From Microcystaceae cyanobacterium (GTDB lineage: Bacteria > Cyanobacteriota > Cyanobacteriia > Cyanobacteriales > Microcystaceae), in NCBI GenBank assembly GCA_041746575.1, contig JBGTGT010000094.1:1-42317 (forward strand): DNA of 42,317 bases, given 5' to 3'. Shown here in pieces: positions 33,133 through 42,265 of this stretch. Made by a program: the position numbers and the translations under genes. Under the pieces are notes generated by a model. The model was not told the DNA's origin. It was given only the letters and a program-made list of their open reading frames with translations, and ran no database searches. Positions within the stretch are counted from its first letter, which is position 1. Each line of letters starts with the position of its first letter.

Positions 33133-33213
33133 AGATTTGATGAAGAGGTGATAGATTTACGGAGAAATATGGGTAAGTTAAGAGAGTCAATCATTTGATG
33201 GATTATTGTACCG

Positions 33214-34503
33214 ATGTCCGACGCAATCATTAAGGTCGAAAATTTAGGGAAGAAGTACATTATTGGGCATCAGCAACAAGGAAGCTCTAATTATGTGGCT
33301 CTGCGGGATGTGATTGCAGATGGCGCAAAGTCTCTCATGAAAAGTTTCCAAATGCTTAAATCTCCAATCCCAAAGAATACGGAAGAATTTTGGGCGTTAA
33401 AGGATGTATCGTTTGAGGTGAAGCAAGGGGAATGTATTGGCATTATTGGGCGCAATGGGGCAGGAAAATCGACATTATTAAAGATTTTAAGCCGAATTAC
33501 TGAACCTACAACGGGACGGATTGAGATTGGGGGACGAGTAGCAAGCTTGTTGGAAGTAGGAACAGGTTTTCATCCTGAATTAACAGGACGAGAGAATATT
33601 TACCTCAATGGGGCGATTTTGGGGATGAGTCGCGAGGAGATTAAGCGCAAGTTTGATGAGATTGTTGCCTTTGCGGAGGTGGAGAAGTTCTTAGATACTC
33701 CTGTGAAGCGGTATTCGTCGGGAATGTATGTACGCTTGGCGTTTGCAGTGGCAGCACATTTAGAACCGGAAATTTTAATTGTTGATGAGGTGTTGGCGGT
33801 AGGAGATGCGGCGTTTCAGAAAAAATGTTTAGGGAAGATGGGGGATGTGGCGACAAAAGAGGGAAGAACGGTTTTATTTGTCAGTCATAATATGGGAACG
33901 ATTCAGAAGTTATGCCAACGTTGCTTGTTGCTTAATCAAGGAAAACTTATAAAACAAGGTAAAGCAGAAACGGTAGTAAAAATGTATTTTCAAGAGAATG
34001 ATTGTTCTTCACAAACAAGTACAACATCGTTGAATCTTCATCAAGGAAGAAAGTCTATAAAGCAAGCTATTTTAAAAAAAATTGAGATTTTTTCAGATAA
34101 TTTTCCTACAACAACCCTAAGAATGGGTGGGAACTTGAAACTTATCGTTTTGTTTCAGTCAGAAGTTCCTATAAGCAATTTACGGTTTGGGATTTCTATT
34201 GAAGATTATACAGGTCAGAGAATTTTGGCATTAACTCCTTCTTTTCAATCTCCCGAATTATTCAAAGATAAAATCTATAAAGAAGGTAAAATAATCTGTG
34301 AAGTGCCTACCCTTTGCCTCGTAGCGGGATTATATTACATAACATTAATTATAGGAAACGGGCATTCAGATTTAGATTATATTGAACGTGCTGTTGAGTT
34401 AAAAGTAGAACCGTATGACGTTTTTGATACTGGTTATGTTCCAGAATCACAACATGGTTTTTTCTATCAAGATGCAAAATGGTTATTAGATTCTTTAAAT
34501 TAG
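33214..34503 (+). CDS. wzt: Polysaccharide ABC transporter ATPase (Wzt) with C-terminal carbohydrate-binding domain
   Basis: GRNGAGKS, YSSGMYVRL, VDEVLAVGD, VSH, plus a C-terminal extension of roughly 170 aa. Confidence 0.92.
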   Translation: MSDAIIKVENLGKKYIIGHQQQGSSNYVALRDVIADGAKSLMKSFQMLKSPIPKNTEEFWALKDVSFEVKQGECIGIIGRNGAGKSTLLKILSRITEPTTGRIEIGGRVASLLEVGTGFHPELTGRENIYLNGAILGMSREEIKRKFDEIVAFAEVEKFLDTPVKRYSSGMYVRLAFAVAAHLEPEILIVDEVLAVGDAAFQKKCLGKMGDVATKEGRTVLFVSHNMGTIQKLCQRCLLLNQGKLIKQGKAETVVKMYFQENDCSSQTSTTSLNLHQGRKSIKQAILKKIEIFSDNFPTTTLRMGGNLKLIVLFQSEVPISNLRFGISIEDYTGQRILALTPSFQSPELFKDKIYKEGKIICEVPTLCLVAGLYYITLIIGNGHSDLDYIERAVELKVEPYDVFDTGYVPESQHGFFYQDAKWLLDSLN

Positions 34504-34508
34504 GTTTC

Positions 34509-34958
34509 ATGAAAAAAGTATCAGGTCAAGACTATTTGAAGCGCATAAAACATAAGGGAATTAATATTACAGTATCAGATGATTTTACTGTATATAATGG
34601 TATTGATAATATTTATCTGGGTAGCTATATTCATCTAGTAGATGCGTTTATTAATGCTGGTACATTAGAAGGTAAAGTAGTTATTGAAGATTACGTTTTT
34701 CTAGGTCATAGAGTTATGATTTTAGCTCGTAGCCATGACTACACTCAATTTGACTTAGAAAGGCAACTGAGTATTCTAGAACAGCCAATTTTTATTAAAA
34801 GAGGAGCTTGGATATGTACCAACTCGGTCGTTTTGGGAGGAGTAACTATTGGTGAGCATTCAGTGGTAGGAGCAGGTAGCGTTGTCACAAAAGATGTTTT
34901 ACCTTATACTCTGGTAGGTGGAAATCCAGCTAAGATTATTAAAACTATTACTCGATAA
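34509..34958 (+). CDS. Hexapeptide-repeat (left-handed beta-helix) acyltransferase
   Basis: WICTNSVVLGGVTIGEHSVVGAGSVVTKDV, GGNPAK. Confidence 0.88.
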   Translation: MKKVSGQDYLKRIKHKGINITVSDDFTVYNGIDNIYLGSYIHLVDAFINAGTLEGKVVIEDYVFLGHRVMILARSHDYTQFDLERQLSILEQPIFIKRGAWICTNSVVLGGVTIGEHSVVGAGSVVTKDVLPYTLVGGNPAKIIKTITR

Positions 34959-34975
34959 GAGACCCCCAAAAAATT

Positions 34976-35626
34976 ATGAAGCCAAATGATACTGAATTAA
35001 CAAAAATGTATTTGCAGCGTGGCATCAATAAAGAGAGAATAGAAGCAATCAAAAAATATGCTGGTCATTCGATCCTCGATGTAGGGTGTGGTAATGGAGC
35101 GTATATTCTAGAGTTGTATAAAGATTATGATATATATGGAGTCGATTATCAATATTATGAATCTTGGGACACATTATCTGAGAGATTTTCCATCTCTGAT
35201 GCCACAGATTTAGATTATGACGATTGTAGTTTTGATACCATTTTATCTTTTGAAACTCTTGAACATTTAACTGATCCTTATAAAGCTCTAGACGAATATT
35301 ATAGAGTCAGCAAGAAAAATATAATTCTTACAGTACCGAATTGTAGTTTGACGTCCGGAATGAAAGAAAGTCAATTAATTTATTATCATTGGATTGATAG
35401 AACACACATCAATTTTTTTGATATTGAGTCCATTCAGGAATTAATTAAAAAAAGTGGCTTTAAAATCATTGATTTATACTTTATCAACCAAATTTCCTTA
35501 TTACCTCTTTTCAAAGAGTCTTTCGGCTTAAAACATTTACCTAACGAAATTTTAAGAAAAGCTCTTAATATTCTTCAACAGAAACAATACTATTTAACTT
35601 GTATGATTATAGGAGAAAAATCATGA
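34976..35626 (+). CDS. Class I SAM-dependent methyltransferase
   Basis: LDVGCGNG, FDTILSFETLEH, LTVPN. Confidence 0.88.
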   Translation: MKPNDTELTKMYLQRGINKERIEAIKKYAGHSILDVGCGNGAYILELYKDYDIYGVDYQYYESWDTLSERFSISDATDLDYDDCSFDTILSFETLEHLTDPYKALDEYYRVSKKNIILTVPNCSLTSGMKESQLIYYHWIDRTHINFFDIESIQELIKKSGFKIIDLYFINQISLLPLFKESFGLKHLPNEILRKALNILQQKQYYLTCMIIGEKS

Positions 35627-35731
35627 AAATTTTGCTCAATTATTTTAAACAAAAGAAAAAACGATACGAAAAATAAAATTCTTAAATCAAGTCAAAAAAT
35701 AATATATACAGAGTTTCTCAGAAACTAAAAA

Positions 35732-36808
35732 ATGAAAAATAAATTAGAGAAGTTGAAACAAAAAACACTGAAAGTCGTTGAGATATTTCCTCAAGGATTT
35801 AAGGTTAAGTACAAATTTGCTTATTTGAAGGCATGGCTTGATAAAAAGCAATTATCTTTCAAAAAATTTTCTTCATCTGATAATCAGGATGAATATGATT
35901 TAGCGTTTGTCAATTTAGAAAAAGAATGGATTCTTGATGGGATTTGCCAAGAGATTAATAAATATTGTGATAAAATAACTTATTTTCATTATTCTTTATA
36001 TAACATTCCTAAAGCAAAAGCTTATTTTTTTGCTCACTATTCTTTATTTAAAGAAGCTATTTTAAAAAATCCACAAATTCTTGGTCAAGTGAATTTAGTA
36101 TTTTATACACATTCTAGAAATATTGGCGTTATGGAGCAGGAACTTGTCTACTTTTTGAAAAAAGGTACATATATCTTGACGATGAACACTGCTTGCGAAA
36201 AAATGTTAATTGAAAAAGGTGTGGATTCAGCTAAAATCAAGACAGTTTTAGGAGGCGCAGATGAAGAAAAATTTAGTAAAGTGGAAAAAATAAGAGGAAA
36301 AAAACCATGTATAGGTTTTTCTGTAAGATATAGTGATCAATCATTATATGATAGAAAAAATTATGAGTTAGTTATTGAATTAATTAAAAAGTTAGATTTT
36401 AGTGATATTATTTTATTGGGAACAGATTGGGAAAAGCACAAAGAATTTATCAACGTTCAATCTCTTTCTTATTTTCAATATGTTAATGTTTTTTATGATG
36501 AATATCCAAAATATTATCAAAAAATGGATATTTTTGTTTCAGTGTCTAAATTGGAAGGCGGTCCCATTCCTCTAATAGAATCAATGATGTGTAACGTTGT
36601 TCCAGTAGTGAGTAATACAGGATTTGCTCCTGATATTATAGTGAATGGAAAAAATGGGTTTATCTTCGATGTTAATAGTACCGCAGACGATATTATTAAA
36701 ATCATTAAACAAGCATTAGAAATAGAGACTGATGTTCGTGCTACTATTCAGCATTTGACTTGGAGAAATTTTTCAAAAGAAGTTCAACAACTAGCAGGAC
36801 TACTATAA
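35732..36808 (+). CDS. Glycosyltransferase family 4 (GT-B)
   Basis: DIFVSVSKLEGGPIPLIESM (E-x7-E), IIVNGKNGFI. Confidence 0.85.
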   Translation: MKNKLEKLKQKTLKVVEIFPQGFKVKYKFAYLKAWLDKKQLSFKKFSSSDNQDEYDLAFVNLEKEWILDGICQEINKYCDKITYFHYSLYNIPKAKAYFFAHYSLFKEAILKNPQILGQVNLVFYTHSRNIGVMEQELVYFLKKGTYILTMNTACEKMLIEKGVDSAKIKTVLGGADEEKFSKVEKIRGKKPCIGFSVRYSDQSLYDRKNYELVIELIKKLDFSDIILLGTDWEKHKEFINVQSLSYFQYVNVFYDEYPKYYQKMDIFVSVSKLEGGPIPLIESMMCNVVPVVSNTGFAPDIIVNGKNGFIFDVNSTADDIIKIIKQALEIETDVRATIQHLTWRNFSKEVQQLAGLL

Positions 36809-36823
36809 CTTTGGATTTAGATT

Positions 36824-37978
36824 ATGAAAATTCTTTTTATCGGTCACTCAGCATCACGCACAGGCGCACCCATTTCCTTACTTCGGATTATACGATGGCT
36901 TAAACAGGAAAAAGAGGTTATACCAAATATATTACTTGCTCAAGGAGGTGAATTAGTTCCTGAATATGAAAAATTAGGCAAAACTTATGTTTGTCAAAAT
37001 ACCTGTTATTCAACACAATCAATAGACCTTAGGCTAAGAGCTTTCATGCGTCGTTGGCTTAATAAAAAATTGAGATTACACTTAAACAATTTGCTCATGT
37101 TAGAACTTAAAAAAGTATATCATAGAGCTAATTTTGATGCTATTTTTTGTAATACTTCTACAAATGGTAGATTACTAGAATCACTGATATTTTTAAATAC
37201 TCCTATTGTAACGCGAATTTCAGAAATGGAAACTGTTATAAGACAATATGATATTGAACATCAATTTGATATTGTCAAAAAATATACGAAGCTTTTTATT
37301 GCTGTATCTGAGTCAGTAAAAAATGATTTAATTAACTCTTTTAACATTGATTCTAATAAAATTAAGGTTATACATGGAGCAATAGAACCCATTCAAGAAA
37401 TTCCGAAAATTAATCTTCGCCAGAACCTAGGACTGCCTTCAAATATATTTATAGTAGGGGGTTCAGGAACAGATTTGATTAGAAAAGGATTTGACTCATT
37501 TATTCATCTTGCTCACACACTTAATAACCAATCTAATCTCGTTTTTGTTTGGCTAGGTGCAGAAAGAAATTTTAATTTTAACCTTTTCTTGAGTGATATA
37601 AAAAAAATGAATTTAACAGATAGATTTTTTATCTTAAATCAGCAATCTAACCCGCTATCTTATTATCAAGAGTTTGATGTATTTATGTTACTTTCTCGCG
37701 AAGATCCGTTTCCCCTTGTCGCCTTAGAAAACGGAATGTTAAGTAATCCCATATTAGCATTTAGTCAATCAGGGGGTGTTGAAGAACTTTTGTATAATAC
37801 CAATATGCTTGTTCCATATTTTGATTTTTCTGCTTTGTCAAAAAAAATTATTAATTACTCTGCTAATCCAGAACTGCTAATGAATGATGGTAATCTATTA
37901 AAGAATAGAGTCATGAGTCATTATACAATTGCTCAATCTGGAGAAAAATTTTACAAAGCTATTACATCTTTATTATAA
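36824..37978 (+). CDS. Glycosyltransferase family 4 (GT-B)
   Basis: HSASRTGAP, RKGFD, SREDPFPLVALE (E-x7-E). Confidence 0.87.
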   Translation: MKILFIGHSASRTGAPISLLRIIRWLKQEKEVIPNILLAQGGELVPEYEKLGKTYVCQNTCYSTQSIDLRLRAFMRRWLNKKLRLHLNNLLMLELKKVYHRANFDAIFCNTSTNGRLLESLIFLNTPIVTRISEMETVIRQYDIEHQFDIVKKYTKLFIAVSESVKNDLINSFNIDSNKIKVIHGAIEPIQEIPKINLRQNLGLPSNIFIVGGSGTDLIRKGFDSFIHLAHTLNNQSNLVFVWLGAERNFNFNLFLSDIKKMNLTDRFFILNQQSNPLSYYQEFDVFMLLSREDPFPLVALENGMLSNPILAFSQSGGVEELLYNTNMLVPYFDFSALSKKIINYSANPELLMNDGNLLKNRVMSHYTIAQSGEKFYKAITSLL

Positions 37979-38233
37979 AATTTAATCCTCAATTACAAAT
38001 TGATCTAAAAAACACTCAATTTTTCTGAATTCGAGAAGCTTGGTTAACCCTTAAATCTCATATGAAAATAAATTTTCAGCGTAGATCATTACACAACTAG
38101 CAAAATGTATTTTTTTATTAAGAAATTGGTTGAATATTACCAAAGAAAATATACTAAAGATAATATGTCAAACAACTCACTTACTCACTGACTATAAATT
38201 TTCTGTAGAATTTTAAAGCAAGAGTAATTAAAA

Positions 38234-39151
38234 ATGTATAAAGTGGCTGCGTATATTACCGCTTATCAGGATTTAGAAGCTTTACAGAATTGTATCCTAG
38301 CAATTCAAAACCAGTTTTATCCTGTACAATCTATCTACATTATTGATAACTCTTTTCAACTTTTATTACAGTCTAATTCTTCTAAAAATATCATTGTTAA
38401 TCACTATCCTGAGAATATTGGAATTTCAGGCGGTTTAACGATAGGATTACCTTGGGCAATTGAACAAGGTTATGATTTTTTGTGGACATTTGATCAGGAT
38501 AGTAAACCTTTACCTGATGTCTTAGAAAAATTAATATATTACTATGACTTTTTAGAAAAACAAGATAATAAAATTGGTATTATTGCCCCCCTTCCTGTTG
38601 ACTGCATTACAGGACAAAAATGGCATGGAATTATATTTGATAAATATCGTTTTATTGAATCTCCTCTAAGTCAAGAAACCTCCAATGTTTATAAATGCGA
38701 TGCGGTGATTACGTCAGGTTCTTTAATTTCTTTATCAGTTGCTAAACAAATTGATTACCCTGAAGAGGGATTATTTATCGATGCTGTTGATTGGGAATAT
38801 TGTCTAAAATTCAGAAAGCAAAACTATTATATATATGTTGTAAAAGACGCTATATTAAATCATCGCTTTGGCTCATCTCGATATCTTAAAAGTATTTTTA
38901 GAAAAAGAGAAATTACTGTGTATGATTATTCTCCTTTACGTTATTATTATATGTGCAGAAATCATACCTATGTGGAAACTCGTCTTTCTCAAAAATATTT
39001 AATTAGATCAATTATCCGAAGGTTTGAATTTTTGTTTATTATATCAACCAAAATTTTTCTATTTGAATCCAATCAAAAATTCCTTAAAATTTGGGCTTGT
39101 CTGAAGGGAACTTTGGATGGTTTCATCGGAAAATTAGGAAAAACATGGTAA
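38234..39151 (+). CDS. Glycosyltransferase family 2, rhamnosyltransferase-like
   Basis: IIDNS, ENIGISGG, FDQDS, ITSGSLI, LFIDAVDWEYC, RYYYMCRN. Confidence 0.87.
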   Translation: MYKVAAYITAYQDLEALQNCILAIQNQFYPVQSIYIIDNSFQLLLQSNSSKNIIVNHYPENIGISGGLTIGLPWAIEQGYDFLWTFDQDSKPLPDVLEKLIYYYDFLEKQDNKIGIIAPLPVDCITGQKWHGIIFDKYRFIESPLSQETSNVYKCDAVITSGSLISLSVAKQIDYPEEGLFIDAVDWEYCLKFRKQNYYIYVVKDAILNHRFGSSRYLKSIFRKREITVYDYSPLRYYYMCRNHTYVETRLSQKYLIRSIIRRFEFLFIISTKIFLFESNQKFLKIWACLKGTLDGFIGKLGKTW

Positions 39152-39207
39152 TATTTAAGACTATCAATTAAAATCTGATATGTTTATTAAACATAGGAGT
39201 TAAAGTA

Positions 39208-39894
39208 ATGAAAAAAGCGATGCTCAAGATTCTTAGATTAGCGGGTTCAAAATTATTTATATTGGCTGATTCGGCTAAATCTGATAACACCAAGGCGTCG
39301 GAGTTACTAAATCAATTTATTGGGGAATGTCGAATAATTGAGAACCCTGTCGTTTTAGAATTAGGAACTAAACGATCTATACCCGACCGTTCTACTAAAC
39401 ATCGTGAATGGGTTCCTCATTCATCTCAGTTTTTAGGTGTTGATATTTCAGAGGGAATTGATGTCGATATCGTCGCTGACGTGCATTCCTTAAGTCAGGT
39501 TTTAGGTCATGAGTTTTGTGATATTGTTATTTCTTGTTCTACATTTGAACATTTGAAATATCCTCATCTTGCTGCACACGAACTCATGAAAGTTTTAAAG
39601 ATAGGTGGACTATTTTTTATACAAACTCATCAAACCTTTCCTTTACATGCTTATCCCTACGATTATTTTAGATTTTCTAAAGAAGCGATCGCTGGTTTAT
39701 TTGGCACAAAAATGGGTTGTCAGGTAATTGGAACTGATTACCAATACTCTAGTAGAATCTTTTCTTATGAAGTTCCCGATGCTTATAAATCTCCTTCATT
39801 TCTGAATGTTGTATTATTGGGAAAAAAGATTGAAAAGACACCTAGCAGTTATATGTACGAATTTGATGGTGATGCTGAGCGACTACAAAAGTAA
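39208..39894 (+). CDS. SAM-dependent methyltransferase-like protein
   Basis: VLELGT, GIDVDIVAD, TFEHLKYP, PLHAYPYDYFRF. Confidence 0.8.
   Translation: MKKAMLKILRLAGSKLFILADSAKSDNTKASELLNQFIGECRIIENPVVLELGTKRSIPDRSTKHREWVPHSSQFLGVDISEGIDVDIVADVHSLSQVLGHEFCDIVISCSTFEHLKYPHLAAHELMKVLKIGGLFFIQTHQTFPLHAYPYDYFRFSKEAIAGLFGTKMGCQVIGTDYQYSSRIFSYEVPDAYKSPSFLNVVLLGKKIEKTPSSYMYEFDGDAERLQK
39684..39744 (+). repeat. Copy 1 of an exact direct repeat starting at a HIP1 site
   Basis: AGCGATCGCTGGTTTATTTGGCACAAAAATGGGTTGTCAGGTAATTGGAACTGATTACCAA is identical to 42257-42317. Confidence 0.95.
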
Positions 39895-40081
39895 AAAGAA
39901 GACGAGATTCTAAAATAGAAAATTCATTAAAGCTCAAAAAGAAGATTCAAAATAGCGATCGCCCTATCTCAATTCGGACTTGCTATAATCTCAAATAAAC
40001 TTAGCTTAGGAAAAAAGAATGACAGCTACATTAACTCAACCTCTAATCTCAAAAAACTGCTTTTGAGTTATAATAAACCAA

Positions 40082-40369
40082 ATGAACCTGCAATTTGAAT
40101 GGAATGAACAAAAAGCCCAAAGTAATCTCAAAAAACATGGTATCACCTTCCAAGACGCTACAAAAGTCTTCCAAGATCCACTAGCTTATATTTTCGATGA
40201 CGAATGGCATTCAACCGAAGAAAGACGAGAAATTATCATTGGACATGATCAAAAAAATCGTCTCTTATTAGTTAGTTTTACTGAACGAAATCAAACTATA
40301 CGCCTTATCAGCGCACGTCCAGCTACTAAAAAAGAACAAAAAAATTATGAACAATATACACAATTCTGA
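40082..40369 (+). CDS. BrnT family toxin
   Basis: FEWNEQKAQSNLKKHGITF, EERREIIIG, IRLISARPAT. Confidence 0.92.
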   Translation: MNLQFEWNEQKAQSNLKKHGITFQDATKVFQDPLAYIFDDEWHSTEERREIIIGHDQKNRLLLVSFTERNQTIRLISARPATKKEQKNYEQYTQF

Positions 40370-40568
40370 AACGAATCCTAATTCTGAAGATGACTTACTT
40401 CCTGAATATGACTTTGATTATAGTAAAGCACATTCTAATCGTTTTGCTGTCCCAAAAGAGGCTGATGTTATTGTAAAACTAGAACCTGATATTGCCAAAG
40501 TGTTTAAGACTTCTGAAGAAGTAAATAAAGCACTGCGAGCTATTTTATCTGCCATTCCTCAGCAATGA
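40347..40568 (+). CDS. Putative cognate antitoxin of BrnT
   Basis: Overlaps brnT; DDLLPEYDFDYSKA..NRFA, VKLEPDIAKVF...VNKALR. Confidence 0.8.
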   Translation: MNNIHNSETNPNSEDDLLPEYDFDYSKAHSNRFAVPKEADVIVKLEPDIAKVFKTSEEVNKALRAILSAIPQQ

Positions 40569-40676
40569 AGTTCAAATTGTTAAATTATAACCTTTGATTC
40601 CTAACCCGTTAGGACAAGAATTCCTCCAGAAGATTATTTTCCCGTTCTTGCTAAAATTAACATGATGAGCGGTTTT

Positions 40677-40700
40677 GCGAAGCAAGTGCCATGGCATCGC
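40677..40700. repeat. HIP1 site split by a 16-nt hairpin-containing insert (SDR5-like small dispersed repeat)
   Basis: GCGA-[AGCAAG TGCCATGGCA]-TCGC. Removing the insert restores GCGATCGC; TGCCATGGCA is a perfect palindrome. Confidence 0.55.
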
Positions 40701-40780
40701 TGGGTTGACTTGAAACCGATTGAATCTTTATAAATGATATAATAATTCAAATAATAAATAATTCTCTGATTAGAGCTTTT

Positions 40781-41143
40781 ATGATGGTGAATCCTAAACA
40801 AGTGAGACATTATCTGACAACTAAAAAAAACGCAAAAACGGCTCAAAGACTGGCTCTGTGGAAAATAGCTCAACAAGATGCACAAAATATTATAGAAATG
40901 ATCATCGAAAAATATCAGCCTACCCAAATTATTCAATGGGGATCATTGTTACAACCTAAACACTTTTCTGAAGCATCAGATATCGATCTGGCGGTTGTCG
41001 GACTAGATGCGATCACCTTTATGCAATTATTAGCCGATGCCGAACAAATGACCCAATTTCCTTTGGACTTAATACAGTGGGAAAATATCCATTCCTCTTT
41101 TCAAAAAATAATATTAATGAAAGGAAAAATTATCTATGGATAA
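40781..41143 (+). CDS. MNT nucleotidyltransferase antitoxin
   Basis: WGS-x11-DID plus a third Asp in FPLDLI; TGaTATAAT at 40735-40743 upstream. Confidence 0.85.
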   Translation: MMVNPKQVRHYLTTKKNAKTAQRLALWKIAQQDAQNIIEMIIEKYQPTQIIQWGSLLQPKHFSEASDIDLAVVGLDAITFMQLLADAEQMTQFPLDLIQWENIHSSFQKIILMKGKIIYG

Positions 41144-41630
41144 CGAAGAACTATTCTTGTTAGTGGGTGAGATCAGAGAAAGCTTAGTTGTGCTTGATCA
41201 TATTAATAACCTGTATGAATCTTACCATCAAAACTTTATCAAAGTCGAGCAACGGGAATTGCGAGATGCTGTTCTCTTAGCTGATATCCTCTGCAATACT
41301 TATACCTGTATTGAGACAATATTATTTAGAATTTCTCGGACATTTGAAAATCACCTTGATTCTCAACAGTGGCATAAGGAACTCCTACGAAAAATGCACA
41401 TTGATATTCCCAATATTCGCAAAGCCGTTTTGTCGAAAGGATCGTATCAACTATTAGATGAATTGAGACGATTTCGACATTTCAAGCGATATTATTATGA
41501 TTTTGATTATGATTGGCAACGATTAGACTACCTAAGAGGAATTTACGAAAAATTATTTCCTTTAATCAACAATGAGCTTAGTTCTTATATTGATTTTCTG
41601 CTAGAATGTGCTAAAAAAGATGAGGACTAG
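41136..41630 (+). CDS. HEPN-domain protein, variant motif RHFKRYYY
   Basis: YTCIETILFRISRTFEN, WHKELLRKM, LDELRRFRHFKRYYY; overlaps the MNT stop. Confidence 0.82.
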   Translation: MDNEELFLLVGEIRESLVVLDHINNLYESYHQNFIKVEQRELRDAVLLADILCNTYTCIETILFRISRTFENHLDSQQWHKELLRKMHIDIPNIRKAVLSKGSYQLLDELRRFRHFKRYYYDFDYDWQRLDYLRGIYEKLFPLINNELSSYIDFLLECAKKDED

Positions 41631-41814
41631 ATATTTAGAGATTTAGATATTTTAATCCTTAACAATACCGTACAGATGAGTATTTTAGATTATGCCAAAT
41701 TTACTCCTGATCTTTAAACAAAGTAATAAAACCTGCTGGTTGAAAGTGTTTATCGTTAGCGATCGCTTCGGTTAATTGTAACTGTTCCATAATTAAAAAC
41801 GTTTGAATTTATCT

Positions 41815-42265
41815 TTAGCCCTTAATCATGCTGTAAAATCTATCAATTGCACCAAAAACAATCCGAAAAATTAACCACTTTTTCGATGGTTTTAAATCTT
41901 TAATCGTCGGTAACTGAAACAATTGCATCACTTGATGAAACTCTCTGAATCTCCCTAGACGTAACATCCGAAACGCACCCGCGAGAATAAATTGATGAAA
42001 GAATTTGGCTTGACAATCTTTTAACTCTGATGGACTGAGAATATTTAACGAAGCTACTCGTTCAAAAAATCCCAGTAGTGTTTTTACCGTATTCTTATTA
42101 AATACCCCCATCGTCAAAGCATGAGAATGAAGTGTAGAAGCACAAGTCACAATACACCCCATAGCGACTGAATAGCCGAATCCACATCTCAATATCTGTT
42201 GGTTTACCCCATTGGGGATCAAAGGAACCTACTTCCTCAAAGGCTTTGCGTTAAATAGCGATCGC
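41815..42265 (-). pseudogene. 3' fragment of a GT2-like glycosyltransferase, truncated at HIP1, with a stop and a frameshift
   Basis: Minus strand from the HIP1 reads AIAI*RKAFEEVGSFDPQWGKPTDIEMWIRLFSRYGVY, then shifts frame near 42150 into VTCASTLHSHALT...IKG* of the track ORF. VG.FD and D.EMWIRL are GT2-like. Confidence 0.7.

Noticed and set aside
40634..40936. 100-aa minus-strand ORF
   Set aside because: Overlaps the MNT gene and its promoter antisense, with no recognisable domain.
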